From positions 64,001 through 128,000 of the IMG/VR virus record IMGVR_UViG_3300047476_000521: a stretch of 64,000 nucleotides of DNA. One strand, given 5' to 3'. The position numbers were made by a program, and so were the translations under genes. Positions 10,491 to 21,451 of this stretch are shown piece after piece. Position 1 is the first letter of the stretch; the number at the start of each line of letters is the position of its first letter. Under the pieces are notes generated by a model. That model saw nothing but the letters and a program-made list of their open reading frames with translations. It was not told the DNA's origin and made no database searches. This stretch comes from a virus.

Positions 10491-11231
10491 ATGGCAGTCC
10501 CAACAACAAGAACAGAATTCGCTGAACATTGCTTGAGAAGATTGGGTAAACCAGTCATTGAGATTAATGTTGACGACGATCAAGTTTCTGATCGTATCGA
10601 CGAAGCTCTTCGTTGGTATTGGGATTATCATTTCGATGGTTCCGAAAAGACATATTATAAAAAACAAATTGATGCAACTGATATAGCTAACAAGTATATT
10701 ACTCTTCCTGAGAATATTATTGGCGCAGTAAATATATTTCCGCTAGGTTCTGCTCTTGGTCTAAACAATCTTTTTAATATTCGATACCAGATTGCACTAA
10801 ACGACCTTTATACTTTGACATCAGTGTCAATGGTTCCATATTACATGGCCATGAATCATGTTCAATTCCTCGAACAGATGCTGGTTGGTCAACAGCCGCT
10901 AAGATATAATCGACACATAAACCGTTTATACATCGATATGTCATGGGATCAAGTTGCAGTAGGAAACTATTTGATTGTTGAAGCGTACCAGGTTGTAGAT
11001 CCTGATGTATATGTTGATGCATGGAATGATCGTTGGTTACAGCGTTATGCTGCTTGTTTGATAAAGCAGCAGTGGGGTCAGAATTTGAAAAAGTTTCAGG
11101 GTATGAAACTTCCTGGTGGTCTAGAATTCAACGGTCAAAGAATTTATGATGAAGCTACAAACGAAAGAGAACAGTTAGAAAAAGAAATGATTTACAGCTA
11201 CTCATTACCAGCTACGGATATGATTGGTTAG
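10491..11231 (+). CDS. gp13: Neck protein gp13
   Basis: CLRRLGKPVIEINVDDDQVSDRIDEAL..KQQWGQNLKKFQGMKLPGG; synteny. Confidence 0.93.
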   Translation: MAVPTTRTEFAEHCLRRLGKPVIEINVDDDQVSDRIDEALRWYWDYHFDGSEKTYYKKQIDATDIANKYITLPENIIGAVNIFPLGSALGLNNLFNIRYQIALNDLYTLTSVSMVPYYMAMNHVQFLEQMLVGQQPLRYNRHINRLYIDMSWDQVAVGNYLIVEAYQVVDPDVYVDAWNDRWLQRYAACLIKQQWGQNLKKFQGMKLPGGLEFNGQRIYDEATNEREQLEKEMIYSYSLPATDMIG

Positions 11232-11237
11232 AAATAT

Positions 11238-11822
11238 ATGAAAGCTTTCGTTTACTGTTGGACAGATAAGAAAACTAATATGTTATACGTTGGATCCCAC
11301 AAGGGTTCGATCGATGATGGATATATTTGTTCTAGTAAATATATGATAGAAGAGTATAATAAAAGACCAGAAGATTTTAGTAGACAGATTGTTGCTGAAG
11401 GGTCTTTTGATGATGTAAGAAATTTGGAAGCAAAAATTTTACAGTCTGTAAATGCAGCACTTGATGAACAGTTTTATAATAGGCGCAATTGCGATAATAA
11501 ATTTTATTTAAAAGAACATACAGAAGAGACCAAAAGAAAAATAGCGTCCAAACATGTTGGTAGAATTAGATTAGATTTATCAGAAAGAAATAAAAAAGGT
11601 CTATCCGAAGAAAGCGTTAAAAAAATGGTTTCTACCAGAAAAGCTAACGGTTCCTACGATAGAGAACGTAACCCTATGTTGGGCAGAAAACATTCTGAAG
11701 ATTCAAAGAATAAAATGTCGTTAAACAGGATAGGAAAAAACAGATCTCCTAAATCAGAAGAAACTAAACAAAAAATGTCAGAAGCCAGAAAAAAATATTG
11801 GGAGATTAAACGTGGCCACTAA
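11238..11822 (+). CDS. Free-standing GIY-YIG (Seg-like) homing endonuclease with NUMOD3 repeats
   Basis: AFVYCWTD..LYVGSH..YICSSK..E..FYN catalytic pattern; HTEETKRKIA, HSEDSKNKMS, SEETKQKMS repeats. Confidence 0.88.
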   Translation: MKAFVYCWTDKKTNMLYVGSHKGSIDDGYICSSKYMIEEYNKRPEDFSRQIVAEGSFDDVRNLEAKILQSVNAALDEQFYNRRNCDNKFYLKEHTEETKRKIASKHVGRIRLDLSERNKKGLSEESVKKMVSTRKANGSYDRERNPMLGRKHSEDSKNKMSLNRIGKNRSPKSEETKQKMSEARKKYWEIKRGH

Positions 11823-12534
11823 TTTTTTTGTTAATAATTTTCAGGCTTCACAAGAACAGCTGTTGATTGAAGATCTTATCGTTGAATCAATTCGCCTATA
11901 TGGACATGATGTTTATTATTTGCCACGTAAACTAAACAATTACGACGACGTTTATGGTGCTGACGATCAATCTTCTTATGAGATTGCATATCCAATAGAA
12001 ATGTATATCAAATCTATTGATGGTTTTGGCGGAGATCAAGAATTTCTGTCTAAGTTTGGTGTTGAAATACGCAATCAAGTTGTGTTCTCTGTATCTAGAA
12101 GAAGATTCAACGAAGAAGTTGGAGAATTTACAACCCAAATAAGACCTAATGAAGGAGATATAATTTATTTTCCTTTAAACAAAAGAGGGTTTCAGATTAA
12201 GTTTGTAAACAAGTATGAGATGTTTTATCAGCTTGGCGCTTTACAAACATGGGAAATGACCTGCGAAGTATTTGAATACTCTGGCGAAACCTTCTCAACA
12301 GGTATACCAGAAATTGATTCTATTCAGAAAAAGTTTGACACTAACGTTCTTTACTGGACTATCAAAAACCAACTAGATGAAAAGATTGTCACCGAAGATG
12401 GTGATTATATTGTTCTAGAAAATTCTTCAATGGATGATTTGGTACCAGCTGCAGATAACGAAGAGATACAACAAGAATCTGATTTGTTCGTAGACTTTAG
12501 TTCTATTGATCCATTCAGCGAAGGAAAAATATAA
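11812..12534 (+). CDS. gp14: Neck protein gp14
   Basis: GTG start; EQLLIEDLIVESIRLYGHDVYYLPR..RPNEGDIIYFP..FYQLG. Confidence 0.92.
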   Translation: MATNFFVNNFQASQEQLLIEDLIVESIRLYGHDVYYLPRKLNNYDDVYGADDQSSYEIAYPIEMYIKSIDGFGGDQEFLSKFGVEIRNQVVFSVSRRRFNEEVGEFTTQIRPNEGDIIYFPLNKRGFQIKFVNKYEMFYQLGALQTWEMTCEVFEYSGETFSTGIPEIDSIQKKFDTNVLYWTIKNQLDEKIVTEDGDYIVLENSSMDDLVPAADNEEIQQESDLFVDFSSIDPFSEGKI

Positions 12535-13392
12535 ATGTTTGGATCACCTTTTTACTTCGGCCTTATTCGTAAATACGTTATTTTAATGGGAACTTTGCTC
12601 AATCAAATTCGCATTACAAGAACAAATAAAGCTGGCGAAGTAACATCTCTTATGCAAGTTCCAATTACTTATGCCCCAAAAGATAAAATGTTGGCACGTA
12701 TTAAACAAGATCCAGCGTTGGACTCTCAGAGCGCCGTAGCTCCTTTACCTATGATTTCTTTTGAGATGGGTAAAATGGTTTATGACGGTTCTAGAAAATT
12801 AAACACAATCGGAAAAGCTTCTGTGCGTGATGCTACTACAGCTAATAAGTTCAAGTATCAGTATAATCCTGTTCCTTATAACATAGAATTTAAAGTTTAT
12901 GTGTATGCTAAAAATGCTGAAGATGGAACTAAGATTATTGAACAGATTTTACCTTATTTTACTCCTGATTGGACTACGACTTGTAACCTTATTCCTGAAG
13001 TAAACGTTACTATGGATATTCCTATCATCCTAAATAACATAGGTTACACTGATAATTATGATGGTCAGTATACCGAAAGAAGAGCTATCATTTGGCAGCT
13101 TGATTTTGTATTAAAGGGTTATCTCTACGGGCCAGTAAAATCTTCTAACATTATTAAGTTTGTTAAAGGTAATTTTTATATACCATCAACAAACACTGCT
13201 GCTCAAGGCAGAGGTATTTCGCCTATCGAAGAAAGAATTACAGTTCAACCTGGCTTAGATGCAAACAATAATCCTATAAATTATTATGGTGGGCCTAATG
13301 CTAATACAGGAACTCTTCCTTACGCTCAAATTGAAGTTGATGACGATTTCGGATTTATAACTCAAATTTATGACGCAGATGAGATAGAATGA
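12535..13392 (+). CDS. gp15: Tail sheath stabiliser/terminator gp15
   Basis: VPITYAPKDK..LPMISFEM..YNPVPYNIEF..QILPYFTP. Confidence 0.92.
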   Translation: MFGSPFYFGLIRKYVILMGTLLNQIRITRTNKAGEVTSLMQVPITYAPKDKMLARIKQDPALDSQSAVAPLPMISFEMGKMVYDGSRKLNTIGKASVRDATTANKFKYQYNPVPYNIEFKVYVYAKNAEDGTKIIEQILPYFTPDWTTTCNLIPEVNVTMDIPIILNNIGYTDNYDGQYTERRAIIWQLDFVLKGYLYGPVKSSNIIKFVKGNFYIPSTNTAAQGRGISPIEERITVQPGLDANNNPINYYGGPNANTGTLPYAQIEVDDDFGFITQIYDADEIE

Positions 13393-13805
13393 CAGAAAAA
13401 GATGATGATCCTATTGGCAAGGCTCTTGGCATTGCTCCTTTACAACATGAATTACAAATAGAAAAAATGTTAGCTCAAGCTCATGATGATTCAGCAAAGA
13501 ATGATTTCGAGGCGGCTAGAGCAAATCTTTACGAAGTTATTCAAACTGGTAAAGAAGCAATGGATACGCTAACAGAAATAGCTACTCAGTCTCAACACCC
13601 ACGTGCGTTTGAAGTGTTGGCTAAACTCATGGACACCATAGTAAATACCAACAAAGATCTCTTAGAACTCCAAACTAAGATCCGTGAGATTGACGCTAAA
13701 GATTCCCCAATCAACGATAAAGCCCAAACTATCAATAACAATTTGTTCGTTGGTTCTACTGCAGAACTTCAAAAAGTTCTTAAGGATATGAAGAATAATG
13801 AATGA
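13389..13805 (+). CDS. gp16: Terminase small subunit gp16
   Basis: DFEAARANL..QHPRAFEVLAKL..INNNLFVGSTAELQKVL. Confidence 0.93.
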   Translation: MTEKDDDPIGKALGIAPLQHELQIEKMLAQAHDDSAKNDFEAARANLYEVIQTGKEAMDTLTEIATQSQHPRAFEVLAKLMDTIVNTNKDLLELQTKIREIDAKDSPINDKAQTINNNLFVGSTAELQKVLKDMKNNE

Positions 13806-15438
13806 TTTGGTTGGTGGTTATAAGGGTAATGTTCTTCTAAAAAAGACTAATCAAAACATCGAATGGACTCCTGAACTCGTTCAGGAGTACGTCAAGTGTC
13901 AAGAAGATCCCGTTTATTTTACTGAAAACTATATGAAGATCATCTCTATTAATGAGGGTCTTACTAGCTTTAACATGTATGAGTATCAGAAGGATATGGT
14001 TAAATCCTTCAAGGATAATCGTTATACAATCGTTACAACGGCAAGACAGGCAGGTAAGTCAACTACAACCTGCGCTTTCATTCTTTGGTATATCATTTTC
14101 CATCCTGATAAAACCGTTGCTCTTCTAGCCAATAAGGGCGATACGGCTCGAGAAATTCTTGGTCGAGTTCAGTTGGCTTACCAACACTTACCAAAATGGC
14201 TACAACAGGGCGTGGTCGAGTGGAACAAAGGTTCATTCGTTCTAGAAAACAACAGTCGTGTTTTGGCTGCTGCTACTTCTGGTTCTGCCATCCGTGGTTA
14301 TACTATCAACCTTCTATTCATCGACGAAGCGGCCTTCATTGATAACTGGGACGAGTTCTTCACCTCAGTTTATCCTACTATTTCTTCTGGCCTTGAATCT
14401 AAGATTATCCTAGTTTCTACGCCTAATGGTTTGAACCACTTTCACGCTACTTGGGCGAACGCTCAAAAAGGTCAAAATGGTTACCATCCTATCCTAGTGC
14501 ACTGGACTAGCGTCCCAGGAAGAGACGAAAAGTGGAAAGCCGAAACCTTAGCAGGTATGAACTTTGATCACGAAAAGTTTGATCAGGAATATAACTGCGA
14601 ATTCTTAGGTTCTTCCGGAACTCTGATTGCTGGTTGGAAGCTTAAAGAGCTAGTTTCTAGTAACCCAATCTTACAAAAAGACGGTTTAACTCAGTTCGCT
14701 CATCCAGAAAAAGATCATGTTTATATGATGGTATGCGACGTTTCTAGGGGTAAGGGATTAGATTATTCTGCCTTTCAGCTTATGGATGTCACTCGTATGC
14801 CATACCAACAAGCTGCAGTTTACAGAAACAATGCCATTACTCCACTGGATTATGCTGACATTATTTACAGAACAGCCAAAGCCTATAATAACGCTTCAGT
14901 TCTCGTCGAAGTAAACGATATTGGCGAACAAGTATCAACTTCTTTGAACTATGATTTTGGTTACGAGAACGTTCTGTTCACTGAAAATGCAGGAAGATCT
15001 GGTAAAAGAATTACGACTGGGTTTGGTGGCGGATCAATAGATAAGGGTATCAGAACTACTAAAATTGTTAAATCCATAGGTTGTTCTATTCTAAAACTTT
15101 TAGTAGAACAGAACCAAATGGTGGTCAGAGATATTAATACCATCAGCGAACTGGGAACTTTTTCTAAGAAAGGCAAATCTTTCGAGGCAGAACCTGGTAA
15201 ACACGACGACTTGGTTATGTGTTTGGTTCTATTTGCTTGGCTTTCGGACCAACAGTATTTTAAAGATTATACTAATATTAACACCCTCATGTCTCTGAGA
15301 GATAAAACTGAAGAAGATATAGAACAAGATCTGGCTCCATTTGGATTTGTGGATTCAGGTCGAGATGACTTTATTGAAGAAGAATACGAACGATATGTCC
15401 CTGACAGCTGGATGTGGGATACACCAAGAGACTTCTAA
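13798..15438 (+). CDS. gp17: Terminase large subunit gp17
   Basis: Walker A RQAGKST, Walker B LFIDEAAF, STPNG, nuclease DVSRG..DYSA and HDDLVM. Confidence 0.97.
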   Translation: MNDLVGGYKGNVLLKKTNQNIEWTPELVQEYVKCQEDPVYFTENYMKIISINEGLTSFNMYEYQKDMVKSFKDNRYTIVTTARQAGKSTTTCAFILWYIIFHPDKTVALLANKGDTAREILGRVQLAYQHLPKWLQQGVVEWNKGSFVLENNSRVLAAATSGSAIRGYTINLLFIDEAAFIDNWDEFFTSVYPTISSGLESKIILVSTPNGLNHFHATWANAQKGQNGYHPILVHWTSVPGRDEKWKAETLAGMNFDHEKFDQEYNCEFLGSSGTLIAGWKLKELVSSNPILQKDGLTQFAHPEKDHVYMMVCDVSRGKGLDYSAFQLMDVTRMPYQQAAVYRNNAITPLDYADIIYRTAKAYNNASVLVEVNDIGEQVSTSLNYDFGYENVLFTENAGRSGKRITTGFGGGSIDKGIRTTKIVKSIGCSILKLLVEQNQMVVRDINTISELGTFSKKGKSFEAEPGKHDDLVMCLVLFAWLSDQQYFKDYTNINTLMSLRDKTEEDIEQDLAPFGFVDSGRDDFIEEEYERYVPDSWMWDTPRDF

Positions 15439-15543
15439 ATAACTATAAACGCTCTCTTTGTAAGGATGAAACTAGCGGTCTAAAAGTAAAAAATAATAAA
15501 TACAAAAAACATTTAATTGACATCCTAAAAAAGGGAGAAAAAA

Positions 15544-18111
15544 ATGGCTTTCCAATTAAGTCCAGGTGTAAATGTCTCTGAAATCGACCTAACTACAGTG
15601 GTTCCATCAGTCGCTACTAGCGACGGTGCTATCGCTGGCGTATTCCGTTGGGGTCCAGTAGGAGAGAGAATTCTAGTAGACACTGAGAATAGTCTCGTTT
15701 CTAGATTTGGTAAACCAACAAACTTCAACGCCGAGACATGGTTCTCAGCAGCCAACTTCCTATCTTACGCTAATCGCCTATATGTAGCACGTGCTGCTGA
15801 CACTTCAGGCGCAACTCCATTTGTTTCAGCAAACGCTGCAGGTGGTGCAAATAGCATTCTAAACGTTGGCGATACATCAGCCATTACAGTTGGTATGTAT
15901 GTAACTCAAGTAGGAAACAATAGCGTTCTTACTGGTAACGTAGCTTCGTTCATAGTTGTTTCAAAGAATTCTTCACATATTGTGATGAACAAGAACACAG
16001 CTTCTTCATTCACTAACGTAAATTTCTATTTCGGGCGTCCTGAAACAGTATATACTGCTGTTGGATTTGATCCTTCAAACACTGTAGCCAAGGCAGCTAA
16101 CCTTGTTAATCAGATTGTTAAGAACGAAACTCATTATGCTCAGAAAGATGGAACTTTCGATACAGACGTTGTTTATGTTGCTAAGTTCCCAGGTGCAATT
16201 GGTAACTCTCTAAGAGTTGCAGTTTGCGATAACGCTGATAGCTTCAATTCTGCAATTCCTCTATTCGGCGCTAACACTGCTGGTTCTGGTATTACTGCTA
16301 ACGCTGTTATGGAATTCAGAGTTGGTTCTAACGTAGCTACCATGAAGGTATTAGGTTCAACTAACGCTGTTACAAACTCAGTAATCTCAAAGATTGCTGT
16401 TGGCGATCAGATTCTTGCTGGTAATAGCACTCTTGGTGTTCAGTATCTACAGGTTAGATCTTCGACTATCGCTGCTAATACTACTGCAGTCACCACTTTC
16501 GTAGGAAACACTGCAGTAAATAGCAACATTAACTTTATTTCTGTTCCAAGTAATCCATTTACTAATGGCGATATTGTTGTGTATGCTAACAGTGCTGGTG
16601 AATCAGAAGTTAACGGTCTGCTTAACGGTACAAGTTATCATGTTATTCAAGCTAACTCTAGCGGCCTAAAGCTTTCTAATAATCCTTTTGGAACTGAAAT
16701 TGATCTTGTTGCAACTCCAGGTTCCAACTCAGTTCTAACAGCTAACTATCGTGTTCTATCAGTTCAATTCGAAGACCCATATAGACTTCGTGAAAACTAT
16801 ACAACTCAGACAGTTGACCGTTATTGGGAATTCTTTAATGTTGTAGAAACTGCACCAGGTCAGTCTAACTATGTCCTATTCAACGGTAATACTGCTGCAA
16901 GCGACGAGCTTCATGTTGTAGTAGTTGACGATGGTGGCGCATTTACTGGAACCCCAGGAACTGTCCTAGAAGTTTACAAGGGCGTTTCAAGAGCAACAGA
17001 CGCAAAGAATGCTGATAATTCCCTTAACTATTATAAGGACGTTATTAATCAGAGTTCTGAATATATTTGGTGGGCTAATGATCGTGGCACTGCTCCTTCT
17101 GCCAACTCACTAAATCTTATTTCTGCAACTTCTACTGCTCCTGCAAGCATTCAGTTGCAGCTAGGCGCTGATGGTAGAAACGAAAACGACGCTTCGCTAG
17201 GTATTCTTGGCGCTGCATACGACTTGTTCGCATCACCAGAAGATATTGACATTTCTCTAGTTCTACAGGGCAAGCCAGTTGGTGGTTCTACTGCAATCAA
17301 CGGAAGAACTGTTCAGAACTTCCAGCTAGCTAATTATATCATCGAAAACATCTGCGAAAGAAGAAGAGATTGCGTTGCTCTTATTTCACCAGATAAGTCT
17401 CTAGTTCTAAACAACGTTGGAAACGAGACAACTGACCTAAGAGCATGGAGAGGAGCTATCACTAGCACTTCTTACGCTGTTCTTGATTCAGGTTGGAAGT
17501 ATCAGTACGATCGTTATAACGATCTTTATCGTTGGGTACCACTAAACGGCGACATCGCTGGTATCTGCGTAAGAACAGATAACACTAATGACGCTTGGTG
17601 GTCACCAGCTGGTTTCAACCGTGGTCAGATCAAGAACCTAGTTAAGCTAGCATGGAATCCACGCAAGGCTGAAAGAGATGTTCTATACAGCAACGGTATT
17701 AACCCAGTTGTTACTTTCCCAGGTCAGGGAACTATCCTCTTCGGAGATAAGACCCTACAGGCTAAACCATCTGCCTTTGATCGTATTAACGTTCGTAGAT
17801 TGTTTATCGTTCTTGAGAAAGCAATTTCAGTTGCTGCTAAGTATCAGTTGTTCGAATTCAACGATGCGTTTACAAGAGCACAGTTCCGTAATCTTGTAAT
17901 CCCATATCTACGCACCATTCAGGGCCGTCGTGGTATTACTGATTTCCATGTTGTTTGTGACGATACTAACAATACTCAGCAGATTATTGATAGTAACCAG
18001 TTTGTCGGAGATATCTATATCAAACCTGCGAGAAGCATCAACTTTATCCAGCTTAACTTCGTAGCTGTTCCTTCTGGAGTACAGTTCTCTGAAGTTATCG
18101 GAAAGTTTTAA
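15544..18111 (+). CDS. gp18: Tail sheath protein gp18
   Basis: SPGVNVSEIDLT..FRWGPV; WWSPAGFNRG; FDRINVRRLF; IKPARSINFIQLNF. Confidence 0.97.
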   Translation: MAFQLSPGVNVSEIDLTTVVPSVATSDGAIAGVFRWGPVGERILVDTENSLVSRFGKPTNFNAETWFSAANFLSYANRLYVARAADTSGATPFVSANAAGGANSILNVGDTSAITVGMYVTQVGNNSVLTGNVASFIVVSKNSSHIVMNKNTASSFTNVNFYFGRPETVYTAVGFDPSNTVAKAANLVNQIVKNETHYAQKDGTFDTDVVYVAKFPGAIGNSLRVAVCDNADSFNSAIPLFGANTAGSGITANAVMEFRVGSNVATMKVLGSTNAVTNSVISKIAVGDQILAGNSTLGVQYLQVRSSTIAANTTAVTTFVGNTAVNSNINFISVPSNPFTNGDIVVYANSAGESEVNGLLNGTSYHVIQANSSGLKLSNNPFGTEIDLVATPGSNSVLTANYRVLSVQFEDPYRLRENYTTQTVDRYWEFFNVVETAPGQSNYVLFNGNTAASDELHVVVVDDGGAFTGTPGTVLEVYKGVSRATDAKNADNSLNYYKDVINQSSEYIWWANDRGTAPSANSLNLISATSTAPASIQLQLGADGRNENDASLGILGAAYDLFASPEDIDISLVLQGKPVGGSTAINGRTVQNFQLANYIIENICERRRDCVALISPDKSLVLNNVGNETTDLRAWRGAITSTSYAVLDSGWKYQYDRYNDLYRWVPLNGDIAGICVRTDNTNDAWWSPAGFNRGQIKNLVKLAWNPRKAERDVLYSNGINPVVTFPGQGTILFGDKTLQAKPSAFDRINVRRLFIVLEKAISVAAKYQLFEFNDAFTRAQFRNLVIPYLRTIQGRRGITDFHVVCDDTNNTQQIIDSNQFVGDIYIKPARSINFIQLNFVAVPSGVQFSEVIGKF

Positions 18112-18143
18112 TAAATAATAAAAATCTCAAAGGAGTAACATAG

Positions 18144-18755
18144 ATGCCTTTTAATATTAACTCTTTCAAAGCAAACGGAATGCAGTGGGGCGGAGCTCGC
18201 CCTGCTCTATTCCAGGTACAAGTAACTCCACCTCCAACACTTCCGCTAAATCCGGAAGCATTCAGAAAGTTGGTATTTACTTGTAGAGCAGCGGAATTAC
18301 CAGAGTCAACAATTACTAATATTGAAATTCCATATTTCGGTCGTAGAATTAAGGTTGCTGGCGAAAGAACTTTTGCTGATTGGTCAATCACAATAATGAA
18401 CGACGAAGACTTCTCAGTTCGTTCTATGTTTGAAGCTTGGCACAACGCTATCAATACTATGCAGACTAACGTTCGTCTACCAGAAGCTGCTTTTGAACAA
18501 TATAAAGCATTTGCTGTTGACGTAACTCAGTTCAGTAAGGACGGCGAAATTCTTCGTGTTTATCAGCTAGTCGGCGCTTTCCCAACACAGGTAAGCGGTA
18601 TCGGTCTTGGCTGGGATACTCAGAATGCTATTGAAGAGTTCACAGTTAACTTTTCATATGATTATTGGTTACCAGTTGACGAAGGTACTACAGTCAAGAC
18701 TTCTGGAAAGATTACTCCATATCTTGGCTTGACCAATACTGGTCCGCAGGAATAA
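18144..18755 (+). CDS. gp19: Tail tube protein gp19
   Basis: GGARPALFQV..YFGRRIKVAGERTFADWSITIMNDEDF..IEEFTVNFSYDYW. Confidence 0.96.
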   Translation: MPFNINSFKANGMQWGGARPALFQVQVTPPPTLPLNPEAFRKLVFTCRAAELPESTITNIEIPYFGRRIKVAGERTFADWSITIMNDEDFSVRSMFEAWHNAINTMQTNVRLPEAAFEQYKAFAVDVTQFSKDGEILRVYQLVGAFPTQVSGIGLGWDTQNAIEEFTVNFSYDYWLPVDEGTTVKTSGKITPYLGLTNTGPQE

Positions 18756-18776
18756 TCTAAATACACTATATTATTT

Positions 18777-18796
18777 GGAGGGAGGAAACTCCCTCC
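18777..18796. terminator. Intergenic hairpin between gp19 and gp20
   Basis: GGAGGGAG-GAAA-CTCCCTCC perfect 8-bp stem with GNRA loop; weak U-tract. Confidence 0.5.
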
Positions 18797-18813
18797 TACA
18801 CTTGGAGAAATAA

Positions 18814-20646
18814 ATGGCAGAATTATTCGGCTTCGAATTCAGAAAAAAACGCCCAGAACCAGAATTACCTTCGTTTGCTCCAGAGAGAGATTCAGACGAC
18901 GGAGCAGTTGTCGTTTCAGCAGGAGGTGCGTTTGGCACGTATGTTGATCTTGATGGTACAGTAAGATCAGAAGCTGAGCTAGTTACAAAATATCGTGAGA
19001 TGTCACTACAACCAGAATGCGATGCTGCTGTTGATGAAATTGTAAACGAATCTATTGCTATAGACGAAGAACACGTTGTAAAGATCAATCTTGAAGATCT
19101 AAAAGTAAACGATAATATTAAGAAGGCTATTCGTGAAGAATTTCAGAATTGTTTAAATATTCTTGAATTTAACAAATATGCTTACGAAATTTATCGTCGT
19201 TGGTATATTGATGGTCGTTTATATTATCATGTAATCATTGATGACAAGAACCCATCAGCAGGTATTAAAGAAGTAAGATACGTCGACCCACGTAAGATTC
19301 GTAAAGTCCGTGAGGTCCAAAAGAAAAAGATTCAAGCAAACAATCCAGGCGATGCAGTTGTTACTAAAACTGTTAATGAATATTTTATCTTCAACGATAA
19401 AGGTTTTAACTTTGGTAATAAAGCAGTGGGACCATCAACTACAGGTCTAAAGATCGCTAGGGATTCTATTCTACACGTTGTGTCAGGTCTAACAGACAAT
19501 CAAGGCACAATGGTTCTTTCCTATCTTCATAAAGCTATTAAGCCTCTCAATCAATTAAGAACATTAGAAGACGCTCTAGTTATCTATCGTCTTGCTCGTG
19601 CACCAGAACGTCGTATTTGGTATATTGACGTTGGTAATCTTCCTAAGATGAAGGCCGAGCAGTATGTTCGTGACATTATGGTAAAGCATAAGAACCGTTT
19701 AATTTATGACGCCCAAACAGGCGACATCAGAGATGACCGCAAGTTCATGACTATGTTAGAAGACTATTGGCTTCCTCGTCGCGAAGGTGGTAGAGGTACG
19801 GAGGTTACTACCCTACCAGGCGGTCAGACACTAGGACAGATGGATGACGTTTTGTATTTCCAGAAGAAATTCTTAAACTCTCTAAACGTCCCAGTGTCAA
19901 GATTAAATTCCGATGCTCTATTCTCAGTTGGTAGAGCTACTGAAATTACTAGAGACGAATTAAAGTTTACTAAGTTCACAACAAGACTAAGAAACAGATT
20001 CGCTCATCTCTTCAGTAAAATGTTAGAAAAACAATTAGTGCTGAAGGGTATTTGCACTTTAGAAGATTGGAAATTATTTTCCGATAATATTCGTTTTGAT
20101 TTCTCTAAGGATAATTACTTCACTGAACTTAAAGATTCTGAAATTCTTGAAGGTAGAATTAATCAAGCTAGAAACGTTCAAGATATGATTGGTAAATATT
20201 ATTCTCACGATTGGGTTCGTAAAAACGTTCTCCGACAGTCAGATGAAGATATTATCAATAACGATAAGAATATTAAGATCGAGAATAAACTTTCGGAGCA
20301 AGGCGATTATAGATGGGTCAACCCAACTGTAATAAACAATGAAATGTTACTACAACAAGCCGAAGCTCAAATGCAACAACAGCAAGAAGCATTGCAACAG
20401 CAGCAACAACAACTTCAACCTGGTACAGAAGGTTCTACTGAATCTGATCCTGAAATGGCTCAGAAAATGGAACAAGTACGTAATGCTCAAATCATCGTAG
20501 ACCAGATGAAGAAAATGCCAAAAGCTAATAGAACTATGGCCGACGAAGCCAAGTATAAAGCAGCAGTGCAAATAATTGCTAAAAATCCAGATTTAGTAAG
20601 CAGAGCGCAAGCAGGTGGCGCTCCGCAACCAACTCAACAACAATAA
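18814..20646 (+). CDS. gp20: Portal protein gp20
   Basis: WYIDGRLYYH; YRLARAPERRIWYIDVGNLPK; EDYWLPRREGGRGTEVTTLPGG. Confidence 0.97.
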   Translation: MAELFGFEFRKKRPEPELPSFAPERDSDDGAVVVSAGGAFGTYVDLDGTVRSEAELVTKYREMSLQPECDAAVDEIVNESIAIDEEHVVKINLEDLKVNDNIKKAIREEFQNCLNILEFNKYAYEIYRRWYIDGRLYYHVIIDDKNPSAGIKEVRYVDPRKIRKVREVQKKKIQANNPGDAVVTKTVNEYFIFNDKGFNFGNKAVGPSTTGLKIARDSILHVVSGLTDNQGTMVLSYLHKAIKPLNQLRTLEDALVIYRLARAPERRIWYIDVGNLPKMKAEQYVRDIMVKHKNRLIYDAQTGDIRDDRKFMTMLEDYWLPRREGGRGTEVTTLPGGQTLGQMDDVLYFQKKFLNSLNVPVSRLNSDALFSVGRATEITRDELKFTKFTTRLRNRFAHLFSKMLEKQLVLKGICTLEDWKLFSDNIRFDFSKDNYFTELKDSEILEGRINQARNVQDMIGKYYSHDWVRKNVLRQSDEDIINNDKNIKIENKLSEQGDYRWVNPTVINNEMLLQQAEAQMQQQQEALQQQQQQLQPGTEGSTESDPEMAQKMEQVRNAQIIVDQMKKMPKANRTMADEAKYKAAVQIIAKNPDLVSRAQAGGAPQPTQQQ

Positions 20647-20655
20647 GGTGTTATT

Positions 20656-20871
20656 ATGACAGATCATAAATATGAAATGACAGATTTAGTTGTAGCTGCT
20701 CTAGAGCAAAAGCCAACAGATTTCGAGGCTGCGTTCAATGATTTGATTATTGATCGCATCTCAGCAGCTATAGAAGATAAAAAAATTGCTGTTGCTCAGC
20801 AAATGTATGGTTACAATTCTGAAGAAGAAATAGATAACTCAGAGGAAGAGGATTATGGCGAAGAGTCTTAA
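20656..20871 (+). CDS. Prohead core protein gp67-like
   Basis: Small acidic ORF directly after portal, T4 gene order. Confidence 0.65.
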   Translation: MTDHKYEMTDLVVAALEQKPTDFEAAFNDLIIDRISAAIEDKKIAVAQQMYGYNSEEEIDNSEEEDYGEES

Positions 20872-21451
20872 AGATATTTTAGCTGGTCAGAAGAAAAGCA
20901 AAGTTTCTCCGCCAGACATCGACGATAAAAACCTTTATCAGTGGAATGGTCCTGATGGTGTAAAGTTCATCAAGAAGCATGAAATTGAAACTCATGATTA
21001 TCCTCATGATGCTGAAGCTGCGTTCAAGGGTAAGAAGGGCGGGTCAGAAAAAACTACGAAGTATAAGTTCCAGAAAGATGGAGTTTATGAAGCCTCTTGT
21101 AATCAAACAAACGAAGGCGTAATGTGCGAAGTTCATGGTGAAGCTGCCTGTCCTACTGGTACAGAACCAAAGGATATGAAAAAGGGTAAGAAGGTTCTTC
21201 TTGATAAGAAAATTAAAGAAGAAGCTATTAACGAAGTAGCTCCAAAAAACCCAAAGATTGAAAAGTGGATTAAGTCCAACAAAGAACGTTTCGTAAAAGA
21301 ATACGGTAAAGAAAAAGGCATGCAGGTTCTTTATGCTAAGGCATGGAAGATGCATGGTCAGTCAGAGTCAGGAACAGCAACTAATACAGATTATACTGGA
21401 CCAGGCGCTGCAGGATATACTACTGGTAGATTAGATGTGGGGACTCTATAA
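20855..21451 (+). CDS. Putative prohead core/internal head protein
   Basis: Position between gp67-like and gp21; Lys/Glu-rich; KEYGKEKGMQVLYAKAWK motif. Confidence 0.55.
   Translation: MAKSLKDILAGQKKSKVSPPDIDDKNLYQWNGPDGVKFIKKHEIETHDYPHDAEAAFKGKKGGSEKTTKYKFQKDGVYEASCNQTNEGVMCEVHGEAACPTGTEPKDMKKGKKVLLDKKIKEEAINEVAPKNPKIEKWIKSNKERFVKEYGKEKGMQVLYAKAWKMHGQSESGTATNTDYTGPGAAGYTTGRLDVGTL

Noticed and set aside
11238-11822. Group I intron-encoded endonuclease
   Set aside because: gp13 and gp14 are complete and there is no room for intron core; free-standing
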